Positions 25,720 to 36,954 of a stretch of 43,132 nt of DNA are shown here, piece by piece. The notes beneath the pieces were generated by a model. It worked only from the letters and a program-made list of their open reading frames with translations, did no database searches and was not told the origin of the DNA. The position numbers and the translations under genes were made by a program. Numbering within the stretch: position 1 is the first letter of the stretch; the number at the start of each line of letters is the position of its first letter. The DNA comes from Octopus sinensis (lineage: Eukaryota). The stretch spans positions 1 to 43,132 of the forward strand of contig NW_021835075.1 in the NCBI RefSeq assembly GCF_006345805.1, read 5' to 3'.

Positions 25720-26039
25720 ATTAGCTATTATTTTTAGCACATCTCACAACCATTATTTAATGAGCCAAATTTGACTGCGTGAGTAAACAGCTTGGTAAAC
25801 AGCTCGGTTTGTTACTATGGAAACAAGCATGATTGTATCTCTGGCTTACGATTGGCTAAAATTACTTAAAATTCGATAAAATTTAAAAGTTATTACTCTG
25901 CATTTCTTGACTGATGGCGAAAATGAATTTCACGTCAATGATTAGCTTACGAAACTACATCATTACACCTAATACGAAATCAATTGAAACAAAAATTGGA
26001 GAAATTTAAAAGTGACAGTCAAAGAAGAAAGATCCGTAT

Positions 26040-26074
26040 ATGTGTATGTATGTATGTATGTATGTATAGATAGA

Positions 26075-26106
<32 letters not shown>

Positions 26107-26110
26107 TAGA

Positions 26111-26144
<34 letters not shown>

Positions 26145-26155
26145 AGCAGACAGAG

Positions 26156-26194
<39 letters not shown>

Positions 26195-26195
26195 C
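26040..26195. repeat. (TATG)n/(GATA)n/(GACA)n microsatellite
   Basis: Directly visible. Confidence 0.95.
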
Positions 26196-26943
26196 AATTA
26201 TATCTATATCTATTTGCAAATATGTATATATGCATGTATGTGTGATTCAAATATCCGTTTAGCATTAATATACAACTTAATTTGTAACCGTCATACTACC
26301 CCCACCTCGTGCTATCCCCTTCATCCACCTCTTCACTCCATCCACTGAAACCACAACCCTTGTCACACCATTGAATGCCACACCTCACCGATTGTAGATA
26401 TACTGATCTGCCCCACTACTGTCCATGCTAACAGCATGGCCCAATTGTACAAGGCATATTATAATAACTGACCAAAATTAATGTTACTTTGAGAAGTCTT
26501 TTTGTTTTTTTTATTTTTTGCACAATGAATTATTTATCCCATAATTTGATAATGGCATTTTTTTAAAAATCAAAGAATAAAAGAATCTATCTTAATCAAA
26601 ATACACAAATTAATTAAAGTAATTTAATATTTTATAAATCACAAAGTGATTTCTGAAAAGAGAGTAAAAGATATTCGACAGAAGATGGAACAGGTAGAGA
26701 GTGAGAGATAGGAAAAGAGTTTCCATGTAAGAACATCTCTCATAGAAGTTTCACCTGTCTCTGAGTCCACCTCATGTTTTCATCTACCAGCAATTGAAAA
26801 TAGAATGTAGACGAAGATAAGTTCCACTCAGGCTAAGCCTACTTCCACACACATGGCCGTACCATAGTTTGAGGGATTTGGGTAGTAAAGATATGAATCG
26901 ATCGGGTGTCATGCGTTTGCTAGAAAATGACAAAAGGATATTA

Positions 26944-27195
26944 TGTTGTGTCTGGGGAGAGTCATTTTCTTTTTGTGCCTTATAATGTAACACACTCTCC
27001 GGTAAAACTTCCACTTATTTCTTATTTTTATTTTCCTAAAATTTTCGTTGCGTCTTGCAACCTTTTCAATAGTCTTGACTCTGTCCGTTATTTAAAAGGT
27101 TGCAACACGCAAAGAAAATTTTAGGAAAATAAAAATAAGAAATAAGTGGAAATTTTACCGGCGCAAAAAGAAAATGATTCTCCCCAGACACAACA
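26944..27195. mobile_element. Fold-back element (~110-125-bp inverted arms) with hammerhead-like motifs; PLE pseudo-LTR-like
   Basis: tgttgtgtctggggaga...gcaaccttttcaata is the reverse complement of tatttaaaaggttgc...tctccccagacacaaca. Confidence 0.8.
27036..27072 (-). ncRNA. Hammerhead ribozyme motif, U3-A8 core variant
   Basis: CUA UUGAAAA G GUUGC AAGAC GCAAC GAAA AU UU UAG; a degenerate mirror copy lies at 27088-27124 (+). Confidence 0.6.
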
Positions 27196-27419
27196 GAAAG
27201 ATGTTGGGATTTCATTGGTTAAAATTCTTAAAATTAAACTACGTTTAAGTTACGAATTACAATTTTGTTTTCAATTTTGTTTACAATAATGTTTTCTTTT
27301 GACACATTCTACCAGTATACGAAGCTTCAAATTGTTTAGTTAACTAGGAAAATCTGGCCTTCAAAATGAAAAGATCCTATATATGTATATATATATATAG
27401 TATAATAAAATATATATGT

Positions 27420-27488
<69 letters not shown>

Positions 27489-28039
27489 TGTGTATGTCTG
27501 CTTGTCTGTCCGTCTCTCTATCTGTCTGTATGTATGGATATGTGTATACATGTGGGTTTAGGTATCGGTATGCTTATTTACACCTGCGGAGATAGTACGG
27601 AAATGAGAAAAAAGAAAGGGAAAAAAAGAAGGTTTAAAGCCGAAAAAGAAGAGGGGGAAATTGGCGATAAGGAAAAGAATAGCTGAACAAAATAAGTAGG
27701 ATTGCAGAAACTGGCAGAATATGAAGAATCACAAACAAGATACAAAGAGGTAAAAATGTATAACAGCCATAAAAACATTCCAATGAACTTATGTTTGGCT
27801 GTGAATAAATGTATACATTTACAACTTTATAAGTATTGTAGAGTTGCAGTGCGTTGCTTTATTTTTCAGGTGTGTGTGTGTGTATATATGTTGTTAGTGT
27901 GTGAGTGTGTTTGAACATGTGTGCGGGCGTGTAAATGTATGTGTATGTATGTGTGTGTGTGTGCATGTGTGTGTATGTATGTGTGTGTGTGTGTAGTTTT
28001 ATAGACAGTTAAATATGCATATACCTATCTGTAAAATGC

Positions 28040-28073
28040 TATGGGTATATATTATATATATATGCATATATAT

Positions 28074-28113
<40 letters not shown>

Positions 28114-28242
28114 GTACATATATATATCATATTATATATATATATATATACGTACATATATATATATATGCATATATATATATATATATACGTACAATAT
28201 ATATATATATACACACTATATATATATATATATACATATATA

Positions 28243-28280
<38 letters not shown>

Positions 28281-28397
28281 TATAATATATATATATATAT
28301 ATACGTACATATATATATATATATATATATGCATATTTATATATATATATGTATATATACTTACATATATATATATATACACACACACACAACACAC

Positions 28398-28437
<40 letters not shown>

Positions 28438-28440
28438 CAT
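28040..28440. repeat. Long interrupted (TA)n microsatellite
   Basis: Directly visible. Confidence 0.95.
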
Positions 28441-29952
28441 ATTGGAGGCCTTGCTAATTCTGTAGTCGAAATGAACATGCATGCTGGTTATTTTAGAAAA
28501 TAGGAAATTAAGTGTAGAAAAATAGAACTATGAATGAAAAAAAAAAGTTGTTCTATATACAATTTGAGGTTGTTGTTATTGTTGTTACTGGTTCTGTTTT
28601 TCTATTATTTGGCCATTTTTTTTTCTTTTATTAAAGAAAAATTCCATAAGGCAGGAAATATTGCTTTGCATTAGTCTCGCTGTGGGAAATCCGCGAAAAT
28701 TCATGCAGTGATAACGCTATGCTGTGCCACCTGCGCGCTTTGAATCGCGATTCTTCCTTGTTGCAGTTATGTATAATTAGACTGAGGAAAAATCTTTCCA
28801 GTTTTTACCATTTTTGTAGATGACACAGCTATGGTGACACCAGCAATGATATCCTTCTTACCAAAGCGTGTATAGTTCCTCAGACCGAAACCTGCTGAGA
28901 TACACGCTAAATATCTTCATAGTCGACAGATGAATTTTTTTTTTTTTTTGTGGAGGTAGAAAAATCTGGAGTTTTAGAATTTTTTTATATATTTAATTTT
29001 AATTTCACCGTTTTTCTTGCTTCTGATTTTATTCATGGTATGAACACACTCAATGTTTTTTTTTTTGTATTTGATTTGGAGATTTCTTTCTGTGCTCCAG
29101 ATTTTCCTCTTTCTCTCGCTTTCTAACTGCATTTTTTTAAACAATCTTTGGTTCTACATCGATATTCCAGTAAAGTCTGGAGTTACAAGAATTTAGTTGT
29201 GCAATACATACACTTATATATACATACATGCATATACACATATTCATATATACGTATGTGTAAATATATATATATATAAAGGTGTGGGTGTGTGGCTGTG
29301 TGTGTATAATTAGTTTTTAACAAGTGAACTTGAAGTACATTAAGCTATAAATAGCAACATATCACTTTTGGATTAAAAAAGTCTTCGGATAGAAAAATTC
29401 AAAAGCTGCCCGTCGGATTGAAACCCTCATTTCTAACATTCGCTGTAAGCTATCGTTCTACTATTTTTTTCTATTCATTGTCTATCATAAATAATATTTA
29501 TTTTACATATAAAGAGAATGCACCTCAGAAGAACGACAAAGGACCACGCGATAAGAACAGTAAAGAACACACACAATAGATACGGCCATACTCGAACTCT
29601 CATCAGTTATCGACCAAATATGATCACAATTTCGACACCTTCTGATAATATTGTTCAATTTTTTTTTTTTGTGGTAGCAACGTAAGCTGTTGGGACCATT
29701 ATAAATGTGAGGGCATGGTAGACGTCAGCAAACAAAATATATGAATCAAGTTCAATAAAGGTAAAAGATAATGTTTGCATATTGAACGCTAGAAAAGAGT
29801 TATAAGGGGTATGGTAAAAAGCATATAATCCGAAAGAAAGAATGAAAGAAAGAAGCAAGGACAAATAATTACGAAATAATTACGAAAGACACCGTGAGAA
29901 TATATACATTATTTACATTTGACGGATATTCGTCTTCATCTTGTTTGTTGTT

Positions 29953-29998
29953 AACACAACGTTTCGGCTGATATGCCCTCCAGCCTTCTTCAGGTGTC
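29953..29998 (-). ncRNA. Minimal type-I hammerhead ribozyme
   Basis: GACAC CUGAAGA A GGCUG GAGGGCAUAU CAGCC GAAA CG UU GUGUU; intact core, 5-bp stems I and II, ACGU palindromic stem III. Confidence 0.85.
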
Positions 29999-30117
29999 TT
30001 AGGGAAATCTCGAACCTGGGTTCTCATTCCTAAGGTATTCTTCGATGTTATTATTATTATTATTATATTATTATTATTATCATTATTATTATTATTATTT
30101 TTATTATTATTATTCTG

Positions 30118-30201
<84 letters not shown>

Positions 30202-30217
30202 GTTCAGGTCACTGCTT

Positions 30218-30272
30218 GGAATTGAACTCGGAATCTTGGGGTTAGTAGCCCGCGCTGTTAACCACTACGCCC
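30218..30272 (-). promoter_or_regulatory. tRNA-derived internal Pol III promoter (A/B boxes)
   Basis: ggcgtagtggtt (A box), gggCTACTAAccc anticodon-like loop, gagttcaattcc (B box); 5' acceptor end missing. Confidence 0.7.
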
Positions 30273-30274
30273 AA

Positions 30275-30320
30275 GACACCTGAAGAAGGCTGGAGAGTAT
30301 ATCAGCCGAAACGTTGTGTT
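30275..30320 (+). ncRNA. Minimal type-I hammerhead ribozyme
   Basis: GACAC CUGAAGA A GGCUG GAGAGUAUAU CAGCC GAAA CG UU GUGUU; differs from the minus copy only in loop II. Confidence 0.85.
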
Positions 30321-31213
30321 AACAACAAACAAGATTAGGACTAATATCCGTCGAATGTAAATAATGTAAATAATGTACATAATTCCTCATCTCTTAAATA
30401 TAGAACGACACCGTGAGATATTCGTATAGAAATACGATAATAGCAACACGTGCAAAACAACGCTAAGATATCCGTATACTCATGTACAAACAATTTAAAT
30501 TCGTTTTGATTAAGCTTGTAGTTTTGCCTGATGACTTGTTCAGGTAAGACACTGCAAATAATTCGAATATTGAGAAAACTTCAAAATTCACAGACAATAT
30601 GGCTTGACATATCAGGTTTATATTCTGGTTGAATAACTTTTAGCCAAGCGCATTCAATATGGTTAAAGAATACCTAGCACTGCTAGTACTCTCAGTATGT
30701 GCTAGCTGACCAATTGCATTATTTTTATGCAACCGTGTAACCATTGTATCTTTGACGTGTCTTGCTTGTATTCACCGACTAGATTTCAATGCATATAGTT
30801 AAAATGACAAAACTATAAATTATGCTATGAAAATTGCACTTCAGGTTTGTAAGTCCGATGAAGTTATAAGGTGATAAACAAGCATTCAACAATGAGCGCG
30901 TTGCATCTTATAACAGAAACAGCCGTAAAGTGGTTCATGATACAATTTCTTATTCCTTTGTTATTTTTAATTTCTTTAATACTACTCGGTACTCGACTGA
31001 CTCTTTTTTCTGATGATTATGTGTACTGAGTTCTAACATCTCTATGCTTGTCTTCTTTTTTCTAGTTTTTTTTCTGTTTTTTTTTTGCACCTGTTATAAA
31101 ATTGTAACTTAAAAAACTGATGATGTCATTCCACCAACGTGTGGACGCTGGTTGCTCTCGTTCATACTTTACGTTTAAACTTCTGTAATTTTGAATTTTT
31201 ATCACTTCTCATT

Positions 31214-31256
31214 TTGAACTTGACAAAGACAGACGTACTGTTGAAATATCGTTCAA
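31214..31256 (+). ncRNA. Type-I hammerhead ribozyme, U3-A8 core variant
   Basis: UUGAAC UUGACAA A GACAG ACGUA CUGUU GAAA UA UC GUUCAA; perfect 6-bp stem I, 5-bp stem II, AUC triplet; AATAAA begins 3 nt downstream. Confidence 0.75.
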
Positions 31257-31343
31257 CTAATAAAATATCTTAGAATCGAATCGCGCTCTTCGTGTTGACG
31301 TTTCACCTTTCTGAAGAGTTACGTCAATCCTCTATAAAATATA

Positions 31344-31378
<35 letters not shown>

Positions 31379-31384
31379 TAATAA

Positions 31385-31960
31385 TAATAACAGATAAATG
31401 CCCTGATGCAGTACCAGGCAGTGACTCTCATGGCTTCTGATCTTAACTGATTGGAAGTGTCATCATGTACATTGTTTTGTCTTGGTATAAATCATGGCCT
31501 ACAGCAAATATTCTGCTCAATAGCACAGATTTGCTTGTCAGTTGTTTGATCTTAACCAGTTGAGCATGTCCCTTAGTGGCTGACGATATGTGCATCTCTG
31601 ATCACGAGCAGAAACTGTGAGGGCGCATCATAGCCATGTGTTGAGAGGAGTTCTTTGGACCTTGAATATTTCACCTCTGGAAACATGGATGTTTCATTCA
31701 GCAGCCTCGAGCATCACTTATTGGGGTCCTTTCATCTGGATGGGCTACTCGACCTGAAGAACATTTTAGCTGACCTCTGCCTGCATGATATTGCTCTGTT
31801 TATCTTGAGATGAGGTCACCATGTCATGCGCATAAGCTTCTCATGTATGTGATTGGTGTACCCTTAACATACAAGGAGTCATTATGGGTATAATGGGCCT
31901 CACATATTTGTACCACAGTGCCATTTCGAAGGCATGTACTGCTCACTCACTCGATAATAG
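31385..31960 (-). mobile_element. Probable LINE 3' end (clade not assigned) adjoining a (TTA)n tail
   Basis: GC-richer block with a broken reading frame on minus running into the simple repeat at 31340-31390; no diagnostic motif recognised. Confidence 0.4.
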
Positions 31961-32155
31961 TAATGACATGTGTATGCGGTTTACAACTCAAAATAAAATA
32001 CTCAAAGACATCCACAGCCAACAACCATGTATCAGAGATATATCAAAGTAAACTTCTCGTCCGGTCATTCATACAAACCAAAGCAGACGTACAAAGCAAA
32101 GTGCAGATAACAAATTTTGAAGGAACATGAATTGCATAACGAAATTTATTAGCTG

Positions 32156-32315
32156 TAGGCGTAGGAGTGGCTGTGTGGTAAGTAGGTTGCTTTCGAACTA
32201 CATTGTTCCGGGTTCAGTCCCACTGCGTGGCACCTTGACCCGGTGTCTTCTACTATAGCCTTGGGCCGACCAAAGCGTTGTAGTGGATTTGGTAGACGGA
32301 AATTGAGGGAATCAC

Positions 32316-32372
<57 letters not shown>

Positions 32373-32452
32373 ATACACACACACCACATATATATATATA
32401 TGTTTTACTTGAAATGAGTGCGTCGCGTTCAATTAAATAATAAATAATATAG

Positions 32453-32495
<43 letters not shown>

Positions 32496-32815
32496 TCAGG
32501 AGTGGCTTGCTATCCAACCATATGGTTCCAGGTTCAGTCCCACTGCGTGACACATTGGGAAAGGGCCTTCTACTATAGCCTAGGGCCTTGTGAGTAGATT
32601 TGGTAGACGGAAGCTGAAAGAGGCCCGTCGTATGTGTGTGTGTGTGTGTGACTGTGTGTTTTTGTGCGTCTGTGGTTGTCACCCACCATCGCTTGACAAC
32701 CGATGTTGGTTTGTTTACGTCCCCGTAACTTAGCGCTTCGACAAAAGGCGGTGCTCCAGCATGGTGGCAATCAAATGACTGAAACAAGTAAAAGAAATAA
32801 AAGCAATAAAAGAAT
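32156..32815 (+). mobile_element. SINE family C: 5' half (32156-32317) followed by a second, near-complete copy (32500-32815)
   Basis: Repeated ggttcagtcccactgcgtg...gatttggtagacggaa; tail gcggtgctccagcatgg...gactgaaacaagtaaaag. Confidence 0.85.
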
Positions 32816-32921
32816 ATAGGTATACATTATTTTATATAAAGCCCATTATAGCCATCATGACTCTGTGTTGTGGGTATATCAGGCATGCACGCACACACGC
32901 ACACACACACATATATACATA

Positions 32922-33248
32922 CCGGCACTTCGTCGGTTGCGACGATGAGGATTGCAACTGATCCGATCAACGGTACATCCTGCTCGTGAAATTAACGTGC
33001 AAGTGGCTGAGTACTCCACAGACACGTGTACCTCTGTAACGTAGTTCTCGGAGTAATTCAACGTGGCATGGTATATGACAAGGTTGGCCCCTCTGAATTT
33101 CAGGTACAACTCATTTTTGCCAGCTGAGTGGACTTGAGCATCGTAAAATAATATCTTGCTCAAGGACAAATCGCATCGCCGGATATCGAAGATACCCAAG
33201 ATTTTACGATCCTAAACCGAACACCCTAACCACTAAACCACGCGCCTT
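32922..33248 (-). mobile_element. tRNA-derived SINE, head B + tail Y (diverged)
   Basis: Reverse complement of the 13610-13910 pattern. Confidence 0.8.
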
Positions 33249-33253
33249 CGCTA

Positions 33254-33306
<53 letters not shown>

Positions 33307-33329
33307 ACGACTGATTGGATCTGTGTTGT

Positions 33330-33718
33330 ATACTTTTCTTTTCTGCTATATGCACAAGACTTGACATTTCGGGGAAGGGGATAGTCGATTTGATCGACCC
33401 CAGTGAGTAACTGGTATTTATTTCATCAACCCCCAAAAGAATGAAAGGCAAAGTCGACCTCGGTGGAATTTGAACTCAGAACATAGCGACGTGCGAAATA
33501 CCTATTTCTTTACTACACAGAGAGGACAAACACGGACAGACAAACGGATTAAGTTGATTATATCGACCCCAGTGCGTAACTGGTACTTATTTAATCGACC
33601 CCGAAAGGATGAAAGGCAAAGTTGACCTCGGCAGAATTTGAACTCAGAACGTAACGGCTGACGAAATACCGCTAAGTATTTCTCCCGGCGTGTTAACGAT
33701 TCTGCCAGCTCGCCGCCT
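33330..33718 (-). mobile_element. SINE family D dimer
   Basis: Two D units on minus, joined at gaaatacctatttcttt (same junction phase as the other arrays). Confidence 0.85.
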
Positions 33719-35029
33719 TGGCTCTGTGTTACAAACTGAAGCAGTGTTGGAAATATACTCAAGAAAGATTTGCTCTTTAAGACACAAATGTAGATCAGCG
33801 TATATCTATAAAGTAAAGTGTTACTAGACCATCCTTGAATGCTTCGGGGAATCAACCTTGTGCTTCTATCTGTATTTACTAGAAAATAAATGCTTACGAA
33901 GACACTGATGAGGTTTACGCTTTAAGAAAAGACCTGCAAAACAACGGGGACGAAAGAGCCTAAATGTAATTTCCTAATTAAGGTTCTGTGTGCGTTTGGA
34001 AGAAAGAAAAGCTTTCATTCAGACAAAATGTACAAAGTAACTGAACTGACGAATGAAGAAAGAACACTTTGAAAGCTCTGTGTCGTTGAAATCACTCTAA
34101 CTTCGTTCACATACCCGTATTTCTTCAGGTGTTATAAAACCATTATCGTTTAAGGAAAAAAAAAACCTAGCTTAAATATGTATCCTTATATATGATTAAT
34201 TATATTCATATTGTCTGGGTGATAAGTAATTTTTCACACAGACACACATTTCTTACACAGGCACACATGCATATATACATGAGAACATAAATACACACAC
34301 ACACATATGTATATATATATACATATATATATATAAGTGTAAGGTTAAGTTATATGTATATATATATACATACATACATACATACATAATATATACATAT
34401 ATATGTATTTCAATGCGCATATACATATAAACATTTAGGTATATATGTAAATATATACACATACAAAACATATATATATATATATATACATACATATATA
34501 TATATGTGTGTATATATATATATATACACTCATATACATATATTTATTTTACCTATATACATGTGTGTGTGTGAATGATTATGTATGTTTGTACGCGCAT
34601 ATTACAGAGGTGTCCAAATATATCTTTGTCGCCATTAAAAAGTCTAAAACTCTCAGTAAAATACAAAGAAAGAAAATAACAGTGATGTACGGGTAGGTGT
34701 CAAGCGAAATGGCAGAATACTGCAATGGAAATCTATTCTGTTTTCTTTTGTATAATTTTTCACTATTTTTAAAAAGGAAGATTAAAGAATCTAAGGTGAT
34801 ATCACTGCAGGGTATATAGACCAACTGATAATTATGAATAACTGCAATACCAACTAGATTACAGCTTCAAGTGTTGTATTGATAACTTTTACACTATTAT
34901 TTCTGCAGCTCAAAATACACATTTGTGCCCCTTTTCCCGCTCTTCCTGCTTCTTTTCTATTATCTCAAGCTTCTGTTTTTTTTTTGCTCTTCAGTCACTC
35001 TCTTTTCTACCTACGTACCTACCTCCCTA

Positions 35030-35059
35030 CCTATCTATCTATCTATCTATCTATCTATA

Positions 35060-35091
<32 letters not shown>

Positions 35092-35134
35092 CATCTATCT
35101 ATCTATCTATCTATCTACCTATCTACCTATCTAC

Positions 35135-35174
<40 letters not shown>

Positions 35175-35289
35175 ATGTCTGTCTATCTATCTATCTAGCT
35201 ATCTATATATCTATCTATCTATCTTTCTGTCTATCTATCTATCTATCTATCTATCTATATCTATCTATCTATATCTATCTATCAATCTA

Positions 35290-35346
<57 letters not shown>

Positions 35347-35365
35347 GTCTATCTATTTATCTATC
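35030..35365. repeat. (CTAT)n microsatellite
   Basis: Directly visible. Confidence 0.95.
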
Positions 35366-35789
35366 TTCATCTCTGTCTCTCTCTATCTCTCTCTGTCATT
35401 GTCTATTGATCGTAGCTATTTCAAACAAAAACTCTTTACTTTCGTATATATTTTACAATGTATTTCTTGCCGTTCTTTTCTCCTGACCAGTCATATACAT
35501 ACGAATCTTTACCATTAAAAAAAAATGTTATTCCTGTCTGTGTGATTTAGCTCCTTGACTTCTTTGTTAGAATTAATTTGTGGTTAAGTGTACGCATGCG
35601 TGTATGTGCGTGTCGGTGTACGTTTTTGTGTTGAGTTTGTGTAGAAATGTTATAGTTCCTCATTTGTACAGATATACCAGCCTGTTTCTAGGCAAATAGA
35701 TGATAGTGTATATAGCGTATATGAATATATATGAATCTATGTGTATATATACATACATATATATACATATATGTATGTGTGTACGTCTG

Positions 35790-35910
35790 TATTTAAATGT
35801 TGAAGCGAATCTAACGGTTTTGTGTGTTTCTTAAATGGCTTATAAACACCTTCCACGTTGCAATTGTTTTCGTTGCAGCACACAATCTCATATCCTGTAC
35901 ATCTCCATAT
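35790..35910 (+). mobile_element. 3' fragment of the 36955-37317 fold-back family
   Basis: atttaaatgttgaag.gaatctaacggtttttgtgtgtttcttaaatggcttataaacaccttccacg matches both arms. Confidence 0.8.
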
Positions 35911-35946
35911 ATTTATAAATATATTTATCTAAATATATAAATTCAT

Positions 35947-36172
35947 GTGGAGGCGCGTGGCATAGTGGTTATGGTGTCAGCATCGTGATCGTAAGATTTT
36001 GGTTTCGATTCCTTGAGCAAAACGCTTTATTTCACGTTGCTCCAGTCTAGTCAGCTGGTAAAAATGAGTAACGCCTGCGATGGACTGGCATCCCATCAAG
36101 CTGGGGAGCACATACGCCATAGAAACCGGAAGACCGGGCCCATGAGCCTGGCTAGGCTTTAAAAGGGCGCAT
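35947..36172 (+). mobile_element. tRNA-derived SINE, head B + tail X
   Basis: Similar to 38672-38931, with an internal deletion. Confidence 0.85.
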
Positions 36173-36671
36173 TTATTTTTATTTATATAAATACATACGC
36201 ACACACATATATATGTAGTCGTGTATGTGCAGTGTGTGTGTGTGTGTGTGTGTACGAATGTAAGTAAGGGAATAGTCGATGAAATTGATGCTGTTACATC
36301 ATGCTAAAGATACAACAAATTAATGCCCATCGTAAATTTACTTTTTCTCTTATGACATGATAATATTTCATAATGGAAGTGTCAGAATTTACTCATCGAA
36401 TGCAATACCACGTAAATTTTAATTTGAATGTCAATCGCCCTTTTGTCGTTACGCAGACACATTTGTTATCGTTCAGAAGGAAATTCGGACTCTAAATAGC
36501 GATAAAAGAAAGCCTCGACATGAAATACATACATACATACATGCATGCATACATATATACATACACACACATGCACAAACATATACATACACGCACACAC
36601 ACACACACATGTTCGTGTGTGCATGTTTGTGTGCACTCACGTGTGTCTGCGTGTGCGTATGTATTTATATA

Positions 36672-36932
36672 GATAAAAAATAAATGCGCCCTTTTAAGGC
36701 CTAGCCAGGCTCATGGGCCCGGTTTCCCGGTTTCTATGGCGTATGTGTTCCCCAGCTGGACGGGACGCCAGTCCGTCGCAGCGTTACGCATTTTTGCCAG
36801 CTGAGTGGACTGGAGCAACGTGAAATGAAGTGTTTTGCTGAAGAACACAACGCGTCTCCCCGTCCAGGAATCGAAACAACAATCGTATGATCATGGAGCT
36901 GACACCCTAACCACTAAGCCACGCGCCTCCAC
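36672..36932 (-). mobile_element. tRNA-derived SINE, head B + tail X
   Basis: TSD atgtatttatata at 36659-36671 and 36933-36945. Confidence 0.9.
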
Positions 36933-36954
36933 ATGTATTTATATATTTATAAAT

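Larger units (their letters stand above)
29900..30406 (-). mobile_element. Non-autonomous PLE-like element: tRNA-like head, microsatellite, hammerhead, plus inverted pseudo-LTR copy
   Basis: Inverted arms ~29903-30000 and ~30273-30370; TSD gacaccgtgaga at 29888-29899 and 30407-30418. Confidence 0.85.

Noticed and set aside
33900-33960. ctgatgagg…gaaa hammerhead-like string
   Set aside because: No stem II closing directly onto GAAA and no stem I complement.
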